From the IMG/VR virus record IMGVR_UViG_3300014613_000006, positions 1 to 51,538 of that record: a stretch of DNA of 51,538 nucleotides; one strand, 5' to 3'. A program made the translations under genes and the position numbers. The notes beneath the pieces were generated by a model. The model ran no database searches and was not told where the DNA came from. It saw only the letters and a program-made list of their open reading frames with translations. Positions 1 through 9,673 of the stretch are shown here, piece by piece. Source of the stretch: a virus. Lineage: Duplodnaviria; Caudoviricetes. Position 1 is the stretch's first letter. Every line of letters starts with the position of its first letter.

Positions 1-123
1 CCGTGCCCAGGTCAATGTAAAGCTGCCAGAGGCCGCCGTGCAACAGCCAGAACTTCCGACCGTTCGTTGCCCAGATGCCCCGCTTGTCGAACCGCTTCGG
101 ATACAGGATCGAAATCTTGGGCA
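1..123. repeat. Terminal direct repeat, copy 1 (circular overlap)
   Basis: Bases 1-123 are identical to 51416-51538, and a minus-strand ORF reads in frame through the join. Confidence 0.97.
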
Positions 124-646
124 CTATCCCCGAGCCAATATGATAATTGGCCAACGCATAGCTCAGATTCGGCCCAAAGGTGAGCTGGTCGTCATCTTCC
201 GCGACGGTTGCAATCCCCGTTATCCGTCGCGTCTGCGTCACGCCCTCCCTGCCATCGCCGTCGAATGTGACGTAGGCGTCGATCATTTCCCGCGGCCACG
301 CGTAGGGGGCCTGGAGCTTTTGCAGGGCGTTGCCCCCCGTGACGTAGTTGTCGCTGTCCATGAACACGTCGTGAAACCGGGCACTGGTTATCCCGTAGAA
401 GTCAACGCCCCAGGCCCCGGTAAGCGCGGTGCCCTCCAGATCCAGGCCGCTCGCAAGGATCTGTCTTCGCCCTCCCTCTCGTGCAATCCGTCCCCGGTGG
501 ATCACGTCGCGACCGATGATTCTCGACGCCCACTTAACGGACAGGTTCCATTCGTCGCTGGTCAGGTCGAGATTGAGGTCGGAATTGGCGAGTTCGACCT
601 CGATCAGGCTCTCGTCGGCGTCAGGCTTGAGTCGTATCGGGGGCAT
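1..646 (-). CDS. N-terminal part of tail tubular B / nozzle-like protein (continues at 51415 to 48516; about 1181 aa in total)
   Basis: ATG at 646, 4 nt after the upstream stop. Reads MPPIRLKPDADESLIEV...KFWLLHGGLWQLYIDLGT without a stop, in frame with the 48516..51458 ORF across the overlap. Missed by the ORF track. Confidence 0.85.
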   Translation of the reverse strand, partial: MPPIRLKPDADESLIEVELANSDLNLDLTSDEWNLSVKWASRIIGRDVIHRGRIAREGGRRQILASGLDLEGTALTGAWGVDFYGITSARFHDVFMDSDNYVTGGNALQKLQAPYAWPREMIDAYVTFDGDGREGVTQTRRITGIATVAEDDDQLTFGPNLSYALANYHIGSGIVPKISILYPKRFDKRGIWATNGRKFWLLHGGLWQLYIDLGT

Positions 647-649
647 GGG

Positions 650-1819
650 TCAGCCTCGCGCCGTCGCATACGGGTCCAGTTTCAGGCCGCGCTGCGGGCG
701 CACCCGGCTGGGGGCGCGGTCCATCGTCGTGTTCAGCCATTCCTGGGCTCCGGCCCAGCAACGGCGCCGTTCGTCCAAAAGTCCGCCTCTCCGCGAAAGG
801 TGCGTTCGCTTGGCCGTGTTCATAATGGCCACGTCAAAGGCGTAGAGGCTCTCCAGGCTTTCCTCGCACAGCTCCGGGCAGATTTCGTACAGTACGGTGC
901 CGGTCGGAAGAGTCCCCCATGGGTGCCGCAGCTTGAACGTCCAGGTCGTTGCGTCGCTGTCGTAGAAGTAGTCCAGGATTTCCTTGACCACCGGGTAGTA
1001 CAACGTGGCGGAATAGACGCGCAGCATCGATCCGTTGTAGTAGTCCGCCGACTTGATCATCTCTCCGTAGTTCGTCGCCGGCGTTCCCCCGACCAGCCAG
1101 CACCAGTCAACGTCGAATGCGAACGTGTCGGTGGCCGCCAGGCCGGTCACGGCGGCAAACTCGATGTAATCGTACGTTGCCGCGGTGACGGTCGCGGTAG
1201 CCCCTTCGACGGTGGTTGTTTCGTTCGTCGGCGACGCGAACGTGATCGTCTCGCCCAGGAGGGCGGGCGTGAAGTCGCCAGCGTTGGTGATCCGATTGGT
1301 GCCAGCGACTGGAGTGCTCAGTGTCCACGTGTCGTTGATCACGGCATCGACGGGTGCATCCTTGATAGCGGTCGCCGTGGCGTTGTGCAGGAGGACAGGG
1401 CCGCGCAGGTATGTGAGGGTCCACGTGCCCGCCTCCGCGCTGGTCGGGATGAGATTCAGGCGCAGGCTCTGCGACGGACTGATGATCTCAACTCCGAACT
1501 CGCGCGAGTACAGAGGTATGGTGTTCAACTTGCCCGTGATCACGTCAGGGTCGGAGTCGTCCCGGCGCTCCATACTGATGAACCGGCCAAAGCCGGCCGG
1601 CAGAGCGTAGTGTTGCCGGTTGGCCTCGATCTCGATCTCAGCCTCGGCCCGGCCAACCTCCGACGCATCACCGGCCATCGCCAGGATGTGGCTCCAGATT
1701 CTCCGTTGGACGGTGAACAGGTCGCGGTATTTCTTGGCTGGTGTCAGCCGGCGGGTGACGTGAGGGTCCAGAAGGTGGTCGTCCACCTCATCGTAGAATC
1801 TGTCCAGAAAGGCGTCCAT
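650..1819 (-). CDS. Putative head-tail adaptor / tail tubular A-like structural protein
   Basis: 389 aa; lies between the capsid genes and the large tail protein; YALPAGFGRF segment resembles adaptor proteins. Function is from synteny. Confidence 0.5.
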   Translation of the reverse strand: MDAFLDRFYDEVDDHLLDPHVTRRLTPAKKYRDLFTVQRRIWSHILAMAGDASEVGRAEAEIEIEANRQHYALPAGFGRFISMERRDDSDPDVITGKLNTIPLYSREFGVEIISPSQSLRLNLIPTSAEAGTWTLTYLRGPVLLHNATATAIKDAPVDAVINDTWTLSTPVAGTNRITNAGDFTPALLGETITFASPTNETTTVEGATATVTAATYDYIEFAAVTGLAATDTFAFDVDWCWLVGGTPATNYGEMIKSADYYNGSMLRVYSATLYYPVVKEILDYFYDSDATTWTFKLRHPWGTLPTGTVLYEICPELCEESLESLYAFDVAIMNTAKRTHLSRRGGLLDERRRCWAGAQEWLNTTMDRAPSRVRPQRGLKLDPYATARG

Positions 1820-1829
1820 GATCTGCCCA

Positions 1830-2405
1830 TCAGCTTCCTGCCGGTTGCGTGTCCGAAAGGAACACCCTCGGGCGCCCGTAAGAGGTCAGGTTCAACCGGC
1901 GCATGCCGTCCACGACCTGCTCCATGGCCTCCTCGCGGCTTTTCTCTTCGCGCGCCCGGGCCGAAGCGTCGATGGCGTTCTCGACGGCCTGCTCGATTCT
2001 GTTGACGCCCCGACGGCGTCGCTCGTTGCGCGCCACGCGAAGCAAGCGGAGAAGGCTTTGCGTTGGCCGCAGAGGATTCCCCTCAGGGTCGGCCAGGGGA
2101 AATACCGCCCGCTTGCTGATCCATCCGCCGTTCCGTCTCAGCTTGCCGCAGACGTACCAGACACCCTGCGGATAGAAGCGGTCGGGGCAGCCGCGGGGAT
2201 CCTTCGACTGTGGCGGGATGTACTGGAGCACCAAGCGCGGATCCACGCGTTTGACTCCCAGCCGGAACCAGAGCGGCAACTGCGTTGGAGCCATACGGTT
2301 CCAAGCCGGCCGGCGCGGCATAAACGACGAGCGGAAGCTGCGGTGGATTGCCGATAGCTTCCGTCGTCTGGCCGCACGGGGGTTACACGCGCTTACGGGC
2401 GCCAT
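1830..2405 (-). CDS. Hypothetical basic phage protein
   Basis: Co-oriented and tightly packed in the late operon; Arg-rich with a C-terminal helix. Confidence 0.6.
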   Translation of the reverse strand: MAPVSACNPRAARRRKLSAIHRSFRSSFMPRRPAWNRMAPTQLPLWFRLGVKRVDPRLVLQYIPPQSKDPRGCPDRFYPQGVWYVCGKLRRNGGWISKRAVFPLADPEGNPLRPTQSLLRLLRVARNERRRRGVNRIEQAVENAIDASARAREEKSREEAMEQVVDGMRRLNLTSYGRPRVFLSDTQPAGS

Positions 2406-3982
2406 TCAGTTGCCTCTTTAACCGGCTCGCCGGTACGGGACAGCCGGCGGGTGTACTCCACGATGAGCTTGTCGAAGTAAATGTTCTCGGAGTGGCTGGT
2501 CTTGGTGTCCATCTCGACCATCAAAACCAGCTCATCCATGGCCAGGGTGAGCGTGTTGGCGTCGATGACGCCAGCCGCCGTGCGTTGCGGGACGTCGGCC
2601 GTACCGACCGGAACATCCGCAACAAGTGCGGTATCGAGTGCCGTCGAGGGCACCGCCAGAGCCGTCGTCTCGGTGTCCAGCGCCAGGTGGAAGACCTTCC
2701 AGAGCACGGAGCCCGCGGCACTGGCCTTCTGGCTGATCCACTGGACGTATACGCGGATGTCGTGCCGGCGATCCAGCTCCAACTCTGCCAGATCGAACTT
2801 GTGGACGATCCTCTGGCCGTTGGTGTTCATCAGCAGGGCCATGTGCCCGGTCGTGCTGACCTGATCGAGGACCGCGTCGTCGTCCAGGGCCGACGCCAGC
2901 ACCGTGTCCTCGGTGATGGTTGCGACGGTGGCCCCGCCTTCATCGTCGAATACCTGATACGTCGGCGAGAGCTGCACCGTGCTGTCCGCGTCGCCGGCAT
3001 TGACGGCGAGGAACCGCTCGGTGGCTTCCGCGGCGTCGTCGTCGATGTAGAGCAGGACGCCTTCGCCGTCTGGCGTGGCGTCGTATGTGACCTTGAGCAT
3101 CCGGTTGCCGCTGGTCAGGAACACATGGGCGTCAACCGCGGCCGGAATGTTACAGAGCAGCCGATCGCCCTCGGTGGCGGCGTCATCGTCAAAGTAGACC
3201 GCGCCAATCCACAGGCCATCGATGGCCCACATGCCGTCCGCGGTGCCGGTCACGCCGCTGCCATCGCCGTCGGTCGGCGAGACGAACAGGAATCGCTCGG
3301 CGGCCGTAGCCCCGTCTTCGTCCAGATACACCTGAACGCCGCCGCTGGCCGCGTGCTTGAGCTGCATCAATCGGCCGCTCTTGAGGCGAACGTAGCAGTT
3401 GACCGCGTTGGGGTTGTTGACCAGGAATCGCTCGTCGGTGCTCGCGGCATCCTCGTCGAACGTCAGGGCCATCGCACCGGGCAGGTCCGCCGCCCCGTCG
3501 TTGTCGTAGATGTTGATCGTGTCGGTCGGCGTCGAGGTGTTCATCGTGCCGTCCGCGTTGGTCGGCGACACGAAAACCAGGTTGCACTCCTGGACGCCCC
3601 ACTCGTTGACGCCCGCCACCGGCACGGCATAGACGGCAACGCCATTGCTGGCGGCGCTGTCATCGTCCTTCATCGTGATGGTCGCGTCCTCAACCGGCTT
3701 GTGTAGCACCGGCAGATTCAAGCTGCCCGTGTCGGACTCCACGTTGACCGTGGCGCCGTTGTCCATCTCCGAAACCAGCATCCCCTGCTCGGTGACGCCT
3801 CGTTCGAGCTGCAAGTAGACCTTTGTGCCGTTGGTAGCGGCGCTGTCGTCGTCCATCACGTTGAGGTCGAGCTCGGTCAGGGCGGTGCCGGTGATCGAAA
3901 CCGTCTTTTGGCGCAGGCCGGTGAACTGAGTCACCGGAATGGCGACCTGTTTGCGCATCAGGTTGAGGATTTCGGCTCGCAT
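2393..3982 (-). CDS. Acidic repeat-containing virion protein (decoration/head-fibre candidate)
   Basis: 529 aa, AAGGAG RBS; four (Y/F)xDxDxA....(E/D)R(F/L)L repeats and two DDDSAAxNG repeats; follows the capsid gene. Confidence 0.6.
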   Translation of the reverse strand: MRAEILNLMRKQVAIPVTQFTGLRQKTVSITGTALTELDLNVMDDDSAATNGTKVYLQLERGVTEQGMLVSEMDNGATVNVESDTGSLNLPVLHKPVEDATITMKDDDSAASNGVAVYAVPVAGVNEWGVQECNLVFVSPTNADGTMNTSTPTDTINIYDNDGAADLPGAMALTFDEDAASTDERFLVNNPNAVNCYVRLKSGRLMQLKHAASGGVQVYLDEDGATAAERFLFVSPTDGDGSGVTGTADGMWAIDGLWIGAVYFDDDAATEGDRLLCNIPAAVDAHVFLTSGNRMLKVTYDATPDGEGVLLYIDDDAAEATERFLAVNAGDADSTVQLSPTYQVFDDEGGATVATITEDTVLASALDDDAVLDQVSTTGHMALLMNTNGQRIVHKFDLAELELDRRHDIRVYVQWISQKASAAGSVLWKVFHLALDTETTALAVPSTALDTALVADVPVGTADVPQRTAAGVIDANTLTLAMDELVLMVEMDTKTSHSENIYFDKLIVEYTRRLSRTGEPVKEATEWRP

Positions 3983-4025
3983 TGCTGTCTCCTTTACCGC
4001 GTAACCGGGCGCGATCGAACCTGGT

Positions 4026-4451
4026 CTATCGCGTGGTCGGCTTCGGCCTCGTCGCGCTGGGCTCCAGGTACAGGGTGGCCATCAGCCAGCCCGCCTCGTT
4101 GGCGCCCTGCGAATCGGCCGCGATCTGGATCACCTCACCGGCATCCAGCTCCTCACCGACAATGTCGGCGTGCAACGTCTGCTTGACCGCCAGGATGTTG
4201 GCCGCCATGTCGGCCGTGGCCACCAGATCGAGACCCCCGGTCGCCGTATCGAGCGTGACCGCATCCAGATCCGCCGTGCCGCCGTGGTACGTGTAGTCCA
4301 CCCGGGCGACGTAGCAGTTCCACGGCAGCTTGAACGCGTCCAGGATGAACGAGGCCACGTTCATGCCGTTGGGCACGTAGCCGCCGATGCGGACGATAAC
4401 TGGCCCGTGCGGATACGGAGCCGCAGAGAGAGAATCACTTGCCACGATCAC
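4026..4451 (-). CDS. Small capsid-associated (cement/decoration-like) protein
   Basis: About 140 aa, beta-rich, directly downstream of the major capsid gene, AAGGAG RBS. Confidence 0.5.
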   Translation of the reverse strand: MIVASDSLSAAPYPHGPVIVRIGGYVPNGMNVASFILDAFKLPWNCYVARVDYTYHGGTADLDAVTLDTATGGLDLVATADMAANILAVKQTLHADIVGEELDAGEVIQIAADSQGANEAGWLMATLYLEPSATRPKPTTR

Positions 4452-4514
4452 ATCTCCTTTGTTGCGCGGTCGGTCGCCAACAGGCGGCCGGCTGCTCTTG
4501 CTCGGCCGACTGCC

Positions 4515-6002
4515 TTACGCGGCGGATGCCGTCTGCGTCGAATCGATACCGCGAAGGATAAAGTTCCCCTGCGGACGTGTGACCGCGAGCTGCATCCAGT
4601 AGTAGAAGTCGGCCGCAGTGATCTCGGACAACTGCGTCCCCACCGAGATGGGCCGGAAGATGCTCGGCATCCCCGGCACACCGCCCTGCTGTGTGCGCCA
4701 CTGCACCATCAGATCGTTGGGGAAGTACCGGCGGAACGACGTTCGGTCCAGGCCGTAGATCGTGGATCGGCGACACATCGGTGACGCCAAACGCACGACC
4801 GACTTGCCGGCATACGAATAGACCGGCCCGCTGACACCGCCAGCGGCCGTGAACACGCCCGTCACCGGCGTCATGGCCATGGCCCGACGCTCCAGTTCGC
4901 TGTAGAGCGTCCAGATGGACGCCTCGGCGAGCATGACGTATGGCCCGCGATCCTCGATGCTCCCGCCCTGCGTTTGCAGGTCGAGCACCTTGTCGATCAG
5001 CTCGGGGGTCGGCAGGTCCGGGTCGTCATAGTCGCCATCGATGTACGCCTGGAGCTCCGGCACGTCACCGACGTCCACGCTGGTGTCCGGGAAGTTGCCG
5101 TCATCGATGAGCAGGTTCTCGAACCCGTTCGGTGCCATGCTCGGCGTGTTGTCGGTGGTGCTGGTTGCCGCAGTGTTGAAGTCCCACATGCCTTCGAGCA
5201 GGATGGAATCGTTGTCCACCAGCGTAACCGTTCCTTCGCCGATCTCGGCTTGGAAACCGACCTTGAGGGTGTGCGGGTTGACACCCACGCACCGCAAGAC
5301 GCCGGGGCTGTTCAACGAGCCCGCCCTGGGCGTGTCGAACTTGACCGTGGTGGTCGCGGCCGCCACGTAGCGCTGGCCCGCCTTGAACCGGAATGGCGAA
5401 CCGGCATCGACCGTCACCCAGGCCACGGCGGCATCGGTAATGGCCTGCCCGGCCGCCTGATTCAGCGTGGCCATAACGCCATCGCCGGCACCCCAGGCCA
5501 GGGCCACCGTGTTGTGGCGGACCAGCTTGGTGATGTCCTCCAGGTGCCCCATGGCGATCTGCTCGATGGGCGTCGCCAGGAGCTGGGCTTCGAGCGATTC
5601 CTCGCTCTCGACTACCTGGCCCTTGAGGCGGCGCAGGTAGCTGACCAGCTCCATGTTGCTCCGCGAGGGCGTCTGCATCGGATCCAGGCCCAGCCCGGAC
5701 GCGCTGTAACCCATGATGTGGGCGTCGTTTGGCCCCATCAGGGTCGCCCGCGTCTCTCCGAACTTGGCGCCGGTCATCCGACCACCGCTCTGGAGCTGCA
5801 CCACCCAACGGGCCTCGTAGCCGGCCTCGTTGCGCGACTTGGCGCCGGCACCGCTGACGCGGCCCACCTTCTTGGTGTTGCTGAAGCCCTGGATGATGCC
5901 CCAGGCGGGGTCTTCGACGCGTATTTCGAGGTTTGAAACCGCCGCATCGACTTTTTCGAGCAGGAGGTTCTGGAACCGATTGAAAGATGTTCCGGTGGGC
6001 AT
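4515..6002 (-). CDS. Major capsid protein (HK97-fold candidate)
   Basis: 495 aa after portal and scaffold; AWGAGDG and NGFENLL segments and the C-terminal QLAVTRPQGNFILRGI pattern are typical of podovirus coat proteins. Confidence 0.75.
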   Translation of the reverse strand: MPTGTSFNRFQNLLLEKVDAAVSNLEIRVEDPAWGIIQGFSNTKKVGRVSGAGAKSRNEAGYEARWVVQLQSGGRMTGAKFGETRATLMGPNDAHIMGYSASGLGLDPMQTPSRSNMELVSYLRRLKGQVVESEESLEAQLLATPIEQIAMGHLEDITKLVRHNTVALAWGAGDGVMATLNQAAGQAITDAAVAWVTVDAGSPFRFKAGQRYVAAATTTVKFDTPRAGSLNSPGVLRCVGVNPHTLKVGFQAEIGEGTVTLVDNDSILLEGMWDFNTAATSTTDNTPSMAPNGFENLLIDDGNFPDTSVDVGDVPELQAYIDGDYDDPDLPTPELIDKVLDLQTQGGSIEDRGPYVMLAEASIWTLYSELERRAMAMTPVTGVFTAAGGVSGPVYSYAGKSVVRLASPMCRRSTIYGLDRTSFRRYFPNDLMVQWRTQQGGVPGMPSIFRPISVGTQLSEITAADFYYWMQLAVTRPQGNFILRGIDSTQTASAA

Positions 6003-6137
6003 TGGTGCCGTCCTTATGCAGGATGCGATTGGTCACGAATCGGGCGAACCGATTCACGTCGCTTGCGACACCACGGTCGTATGTTTTGGGATGAGCGATG
6101 CGTCCCTGGGGCGCCTCGGCCCCTTATGGAATTGTCA

Positions 6138-6168
6138 GGCACCACGGCCCGGCGGGCACCACGGCCCG
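6138..6168. repeat. 14-bp direct repeat GGCACCACGGCCCG x2 in the capsid leader
   Basis: Exact copies at 6138-6151 and 6155-6168. Confidence 0.85.
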
Positions 6169-6185
6169 ATGTGGATTACTACCCG

Positions 6186-6214
6186 AATATACACCACGTT
6201 TTATCCGGCGTCAA
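6186..6214 (-). promoter_or_regulatory. Sigma70-type promoter for the capsid gene
   Basis: TTGACG-17 bp-TATATT on the minus strand; shares GTGGTGTATAT with the promoter at 14175. Confidence 0.65.
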
Positions 6215-6602
6215 CTGCGAAATTCGCGGCTGGCCATTTTCCGAGGATTTCCCCCTCCTCCTCGGTGTGGTACTGGAGCACTTTGAACGTGGCCTCGCCT
6301 ACGGTCACATCGTACCCGCAGGACTCGGCAAACAGCACCAGATCGCCCTCCTCGAAGGGGCCAGGCAGGTCATCAGGGTTGACCTTGACGACAAACCCCA
6401 TGGCCTTCTGCTGTGCGAATTTGTCGGGGACAATCAGCGTTTTGGTTGTCCCCAGGGTCTTTTCCGGGGGCACCTGGCGGACCAGGATGTGCCGGGCGAA
6501 GGGCTCGAAATCCTCGATCCGCAGATTCTCGTCGTCCAGGACCGTCTCCTGGTTCAATAACGCGTCAAAGCACGGCTTGATGGCCGCGTCCGTATCCGCC
6601 AT
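6201..6602 (-). CDS. groES: GroES/Cpn10-like co-chaperonin
   Basis: FEPFARHILVR...LIVPD...GFVVKV...EEGDLVLFAESCGYDVTV...FKVL...EILG matches the Cpn10 pattern throughout. Confidence 0.85.
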   Translation of the reverse strand: MADTDAAIKPCFDALLNQETVLDDENLRIEDFEPFARHILVRQVPPEKTLGTTKTLIVPDKFAQQKAMGFVVKVNPDDLPGPFEEGDLVLFAESCGYDVTVGEATFKVLQYHTEEEGEILGKWPAANFAVDAG

Positions 6603-6620
6603 GGGATTATCTCCGTTCGG

Positions 6621-7565
6621 TTAAGAATCTGCCCCCATCGTGGCAAGTGAGCCTCTCATGCCGGCCAGGAAAGTCTCCCGATCTATCGGGGCGTTGGGGT
6701 CTGGCTGTGTCATGCCCGGCAACGAGCCGCCGGCGGCCGGGGACGGAATGTGCGAATCGACGGTCCCGGCGGGTGCCGGCTGCTGGAATCCCGGCGCCGG
6801 CGTCACCGTGACGCTGTCGCGAACGCCGGGCTGGGCCTCTCGCGTCTGGTCGTCCTGTACGGCGGGCCTGGCCGGCGCGTTCGTCGTCGGGGCGACCGGC
6901 CCCAGGATGTCGCGCATCCGGGTCCATCGATTCTCGGCTTGCAGGAGCACCTGGGCCTGGACGCGGGCGGCCTCGTCCGGGCTCATCTTGTTTGGGTCGC
7001 GGCCCGATGCCCGTATGCCCTCGGCAACCGTGTCGGCGCTGCGGATGATCTCGTCAAGCACGCTGGGATCCTTCGCGGCCAGGGCGGCCAAAACCGGGAG
7101 TTGCTCTGCGTGGCCGGTGATCGTGTTGAGCAGGTTGGCCTGCCGGCTCATCTGTCGCAGGCGTTCGTGCATGGGCTTGATCTGCCCCAGTTCCCGCTCC
7201 AGTTGGGCCATTCGCGCTTCGGTGGCCGCGGGATCGGTGCGCCCGGGCGCCGGATCGGCCTCCGTGACCCCGAACAGTTCCTTGATGGCCTCGGTGTCGC
7301 CCTTCTCGACGCGGTCCAGCAGCTCCCACTTCTTGCGCTTGTCCTCGGGGACAGCCGACTCGGCCAATCGCTGATTCTCGGCGATCAGGTCGGCGACCCG
7401 CCCGATGCGTGTGGAGCCGTCGGGGTTGGTGATCTTGATGAACGCGTCGCTCGGTGCGTATTGCGCGCTGGGCGCGGCCGGCTTCGGTGGCTCGGCTGGT
7501 GGAGCGCTGGCCGGCTGGGCGGCTGGCGTGGCCGGCGTGGCCGGCGGCGATTCGGGATCTGGCAT
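6621..7565 (-). CDS. Putative capsid scaffolding protein
   Basis: Pro/Ala-rich ends with a central coiled coil; lies between portal and capsid. Confidence 0.65.
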   Translation of the reverse strand: MPDPESPPATPATPAAQPASAPPAEPPKPAAPSAQYAPSDAFIKITNPDGSTRIGRVADLIAENQRLAESAVPEDKRKKWELLDRVEKGDTEAIKELFGVTEADPAPGRTDPAATEARMAQLERELGQIKPMHERLRQMSRQANLLNTITGHAEQLPVLAALAAKDPSVLDEIIRSADTVAEGIRASGRDPNKMSPDEAARVQAQVLLQAENRWTRMRDILGPVAPTTNAPARPAVQDDQTREAQPGVRDSVTVTPAPGFQQPAPAGTVDSHIPSPAAGGSLPGMTQPDPNAPIDRETFLAGMRGSLATMGADS

Positions 7566-7576
7566 TGCGTTGTCTC

Positions 7577-9673
7577 CTATGCGACCCAGGACTGTGCGAG
7601 CCCGTCGGCCGTTTCCGGGTCAGCCTCGGCGGCCCACAGGCGTTGCTCGGTCTGATTCTGCTCGAACTCGGCGTCGGCGTCGTCAAACCGACTCACGGTC
7701 GGGCTGAAGTTGCCGACGAAATACTGGTGATACTGGAACTCTTGTATTAAGGCTCTTTGCACGGCCTGCGAGTAAGCCACGAACGGCGGATCGAGTATTG
7801 CGCTGCGCAGCATGTCCGCCGCCGTGCGATGATCCTCGATCTGCTGCCGGCCGCTCCTATCCTGATCCGCGGGGGCAATAGCCGGCTGGACGCCGTCGTT
7901 GATAAGCTGGTCGATCCGCCAGCGGATGCGTTGTTCGGTTTCGTCGAACATGACCAGGCCGGGCGGGTTGAGGTTCAGGTCGTACATGGCCTGCCGTAGT
8001 TCGCTGGCGCTGACCATCGGTGTCTTGCCGTCGTCGTTGAGCTGCTGTCGCAGGCCCATCACCATGTTCAGCATGGCCGCCCGGCCGTTGACCACCAGCG
8101 GCAAGGGTGACAGGTCCACGTCGTTGTGGCCGGGCAGCTTGTCGCGGGCCAGCACTCGCTCGCGGGCGATGCCATCGGTGCCGATGGCCTTGATTCGCTT
8201 CTCCTTGGGCCACACCTCTCGAATGTCCGCCAGTGCCCCGCGGAAAAGCCGTCGGTACGCGCGCCACTTGCGGTCCAGCACCGGTTGAAGTGGGGCCTGG
8301 GCGTTCATGTTCAGTAGTGACGTTGCCGGGCCGCCCTCTGTTCGACCCTCCTGTTGACCGAAGATGATGTCGCTGTCGTGACCGGCGGCTTGCCTGGCCA
8401 GCTCGTAGCAGCTTTGCAGAACGGACACCCTCTCGCGGTTGATCTGGTGGGGCGGGACAGAAAGCACCGGGCCGGTCTTGTCCTGCGGATCGCCGAACCG
8501 GAACGGCACCATGCCGTCGGTGGTGTTCTGGATGTCGTCGGCCGTGACCATGCTGCTGTTGTAGAACGTGAAGCCGCGGTTCTGCTGGGCGCCCTCGATC
8601 ATCTCGCTCATCTGGCGGTTGATTTCGAGCTGCATCGACGTGATCTGCTCGCAGAATCCGTAGGGCCACCAGTCGTGCGGTTTCTTGGTGTAGTACACCG
8701 GCTGCAACGGCAGTTCGCCGTCGTCCAGGGCGATCGCTTGCCCCTGCTGGTCCGTGCCGCTCACGTAGCCGAACATCTCATTTTCGATGAGGAACATGTG
8801 CTCCCCGTGTGGATTGAGGTCCGTCGGCTTCATCCACACCCAGATGGCCAGGGCACCGTCGTAAGGCACGTTGTAGTTGAGGCCCTGCCCGAACGCCGTG
8901 AATCTCGCGTGCATTGAACCGCTTTGCGAGTGGGCCAGCGTGGTCATCGGGCGGGTCGGCTTCTGCCCGTTGCGTCGCTCGTACAGATCGTCCTGCATCT
9001 CCAGCCAGGACTGGGGCATGGTGACGGCCCGCATGACACCGTCCATGTTCTGCCAGGTCGTCGCGTTGGACGGAATCGGAAACAGATCACAGAACGGGAA
9101 GTAGCGCAGGAACACCTGATTGCGCTCGGGCGACTTCTCGCGCATCATGGCGTAGCCGCCGTAAACCAACAGTAGCTGGTTCATCTCGTCGTCGAGCGTC
9201 TCCAGGTCTATCTCGCGCACCCAGTGGTTGATTACTTCCTGGGCAATCTGGGCCTTGTAGAACGCCTCGTCCCCCTTACCGCTCACCGGCGTGGCCTGGA
9301 CGCCCAGCTTGTTCGAGCCCACCCGGCCGAGTTCGCGGCGGTAGGCGGGTTCCATGACCGGAACCGCGGCCATCACCTCGCGATCGTCGTTCCTGGTCAG
9401 CGGCTGATACCGGCCCATGGCGTCGATATGAAACCAGTGGACACCGCTCAGGATGCTCACCACCTGCGTCCACCGGGCGCCGTGGATGGTCCGGGCACTG
9501 AGCCCCTCGTCGAATTGCTCGCGGATGCGCTTGGCGATCGTGCTGGCGGTGCCCCGATCCTCTCTTTTCAAGCCGGCGGCGTCGTCGGTGTTGGGCAATC
9601 GCCCGATCGCCTTGCCAGCTGGCTGCATACGGTTCAGAAAGTACCCGAGTTGGCTGTTGGGTGTTGCCGTCAT
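7577..9673 (-). CDS. Portal protein (P22-like)
   Basis: 698 aa after the terminase; LPLQPVYY..KPHDWWPYGFCEQITSMQLEINRQMSEMIE is characteristic of P22-type portals. Confidence 0.8.
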   Translation of the reverse strand: MTATPNSQLGYFLNRMQPAGKAIGRLPNTDDAAGLKREDRGTASTIAKRIREQFDEGLSARTIHGARWTQVVSILSGVHWFHIDAMGRYQPLTRNDDREVMAAVPVMEPAYRRELGRVGSNKLGVQATPVSGKGDEAFYKAQIAQEVINHWVREIDLETLDDEMNQLLLVYGGYAMMREKSPERNQVFLRYFPFCDLFPIPSNATTWQNMDGVMRAVTMPQSWLEMQDDLYERRNGQKPTRPMTTLAHSQSGSMHARFTAFGQGLNYNVPYDGALAIWVWMKPTDLNPHGEHMFLIENEMFGYVSGTDQQGQAIALDDGELPLQPVYYTKKPHDWWPYGFCEQITSMQLEINRQMSEMIEGAQQNRGFTFYNSSMVTADDIQNTTDGMVPFRFGDPQDKTGPVLSVPPHQINRERVSVLQSCYELARQAAGHDSDIIFGQQEGRTEGGPATSLLNMNAQAPLQPVLDRKWRAYRRLFRGALADIREVWPKEKRIKAIGTDGIARERVLARDKLPGHNDVDLSPLPLVVNGRAAMLNMVMGLRQQLNDDGKTPMVSASELRQAMYDLNLNPPGLVMFDETEQRIRWRIDQLINDGVQPAIAPADQDRSGRQQIEDHRTAADMLRSAILDPPFVAYSQAVQRALIQEFQYHQYFVGNFSPTVSRFDDADAEFEQNQTEQRLWAAEADPETADGLAQSWVA

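Noticed and set aside
38-2005. 655-aa plus-strand ORF and other long antisense ORFs (e.g. 2348..3706, 10810..12084, 26237..27556, 33082..34089)
   Set aside because: Shadow frames of real opposite-strand genes in high-GC DNA; no motifs or RBS.
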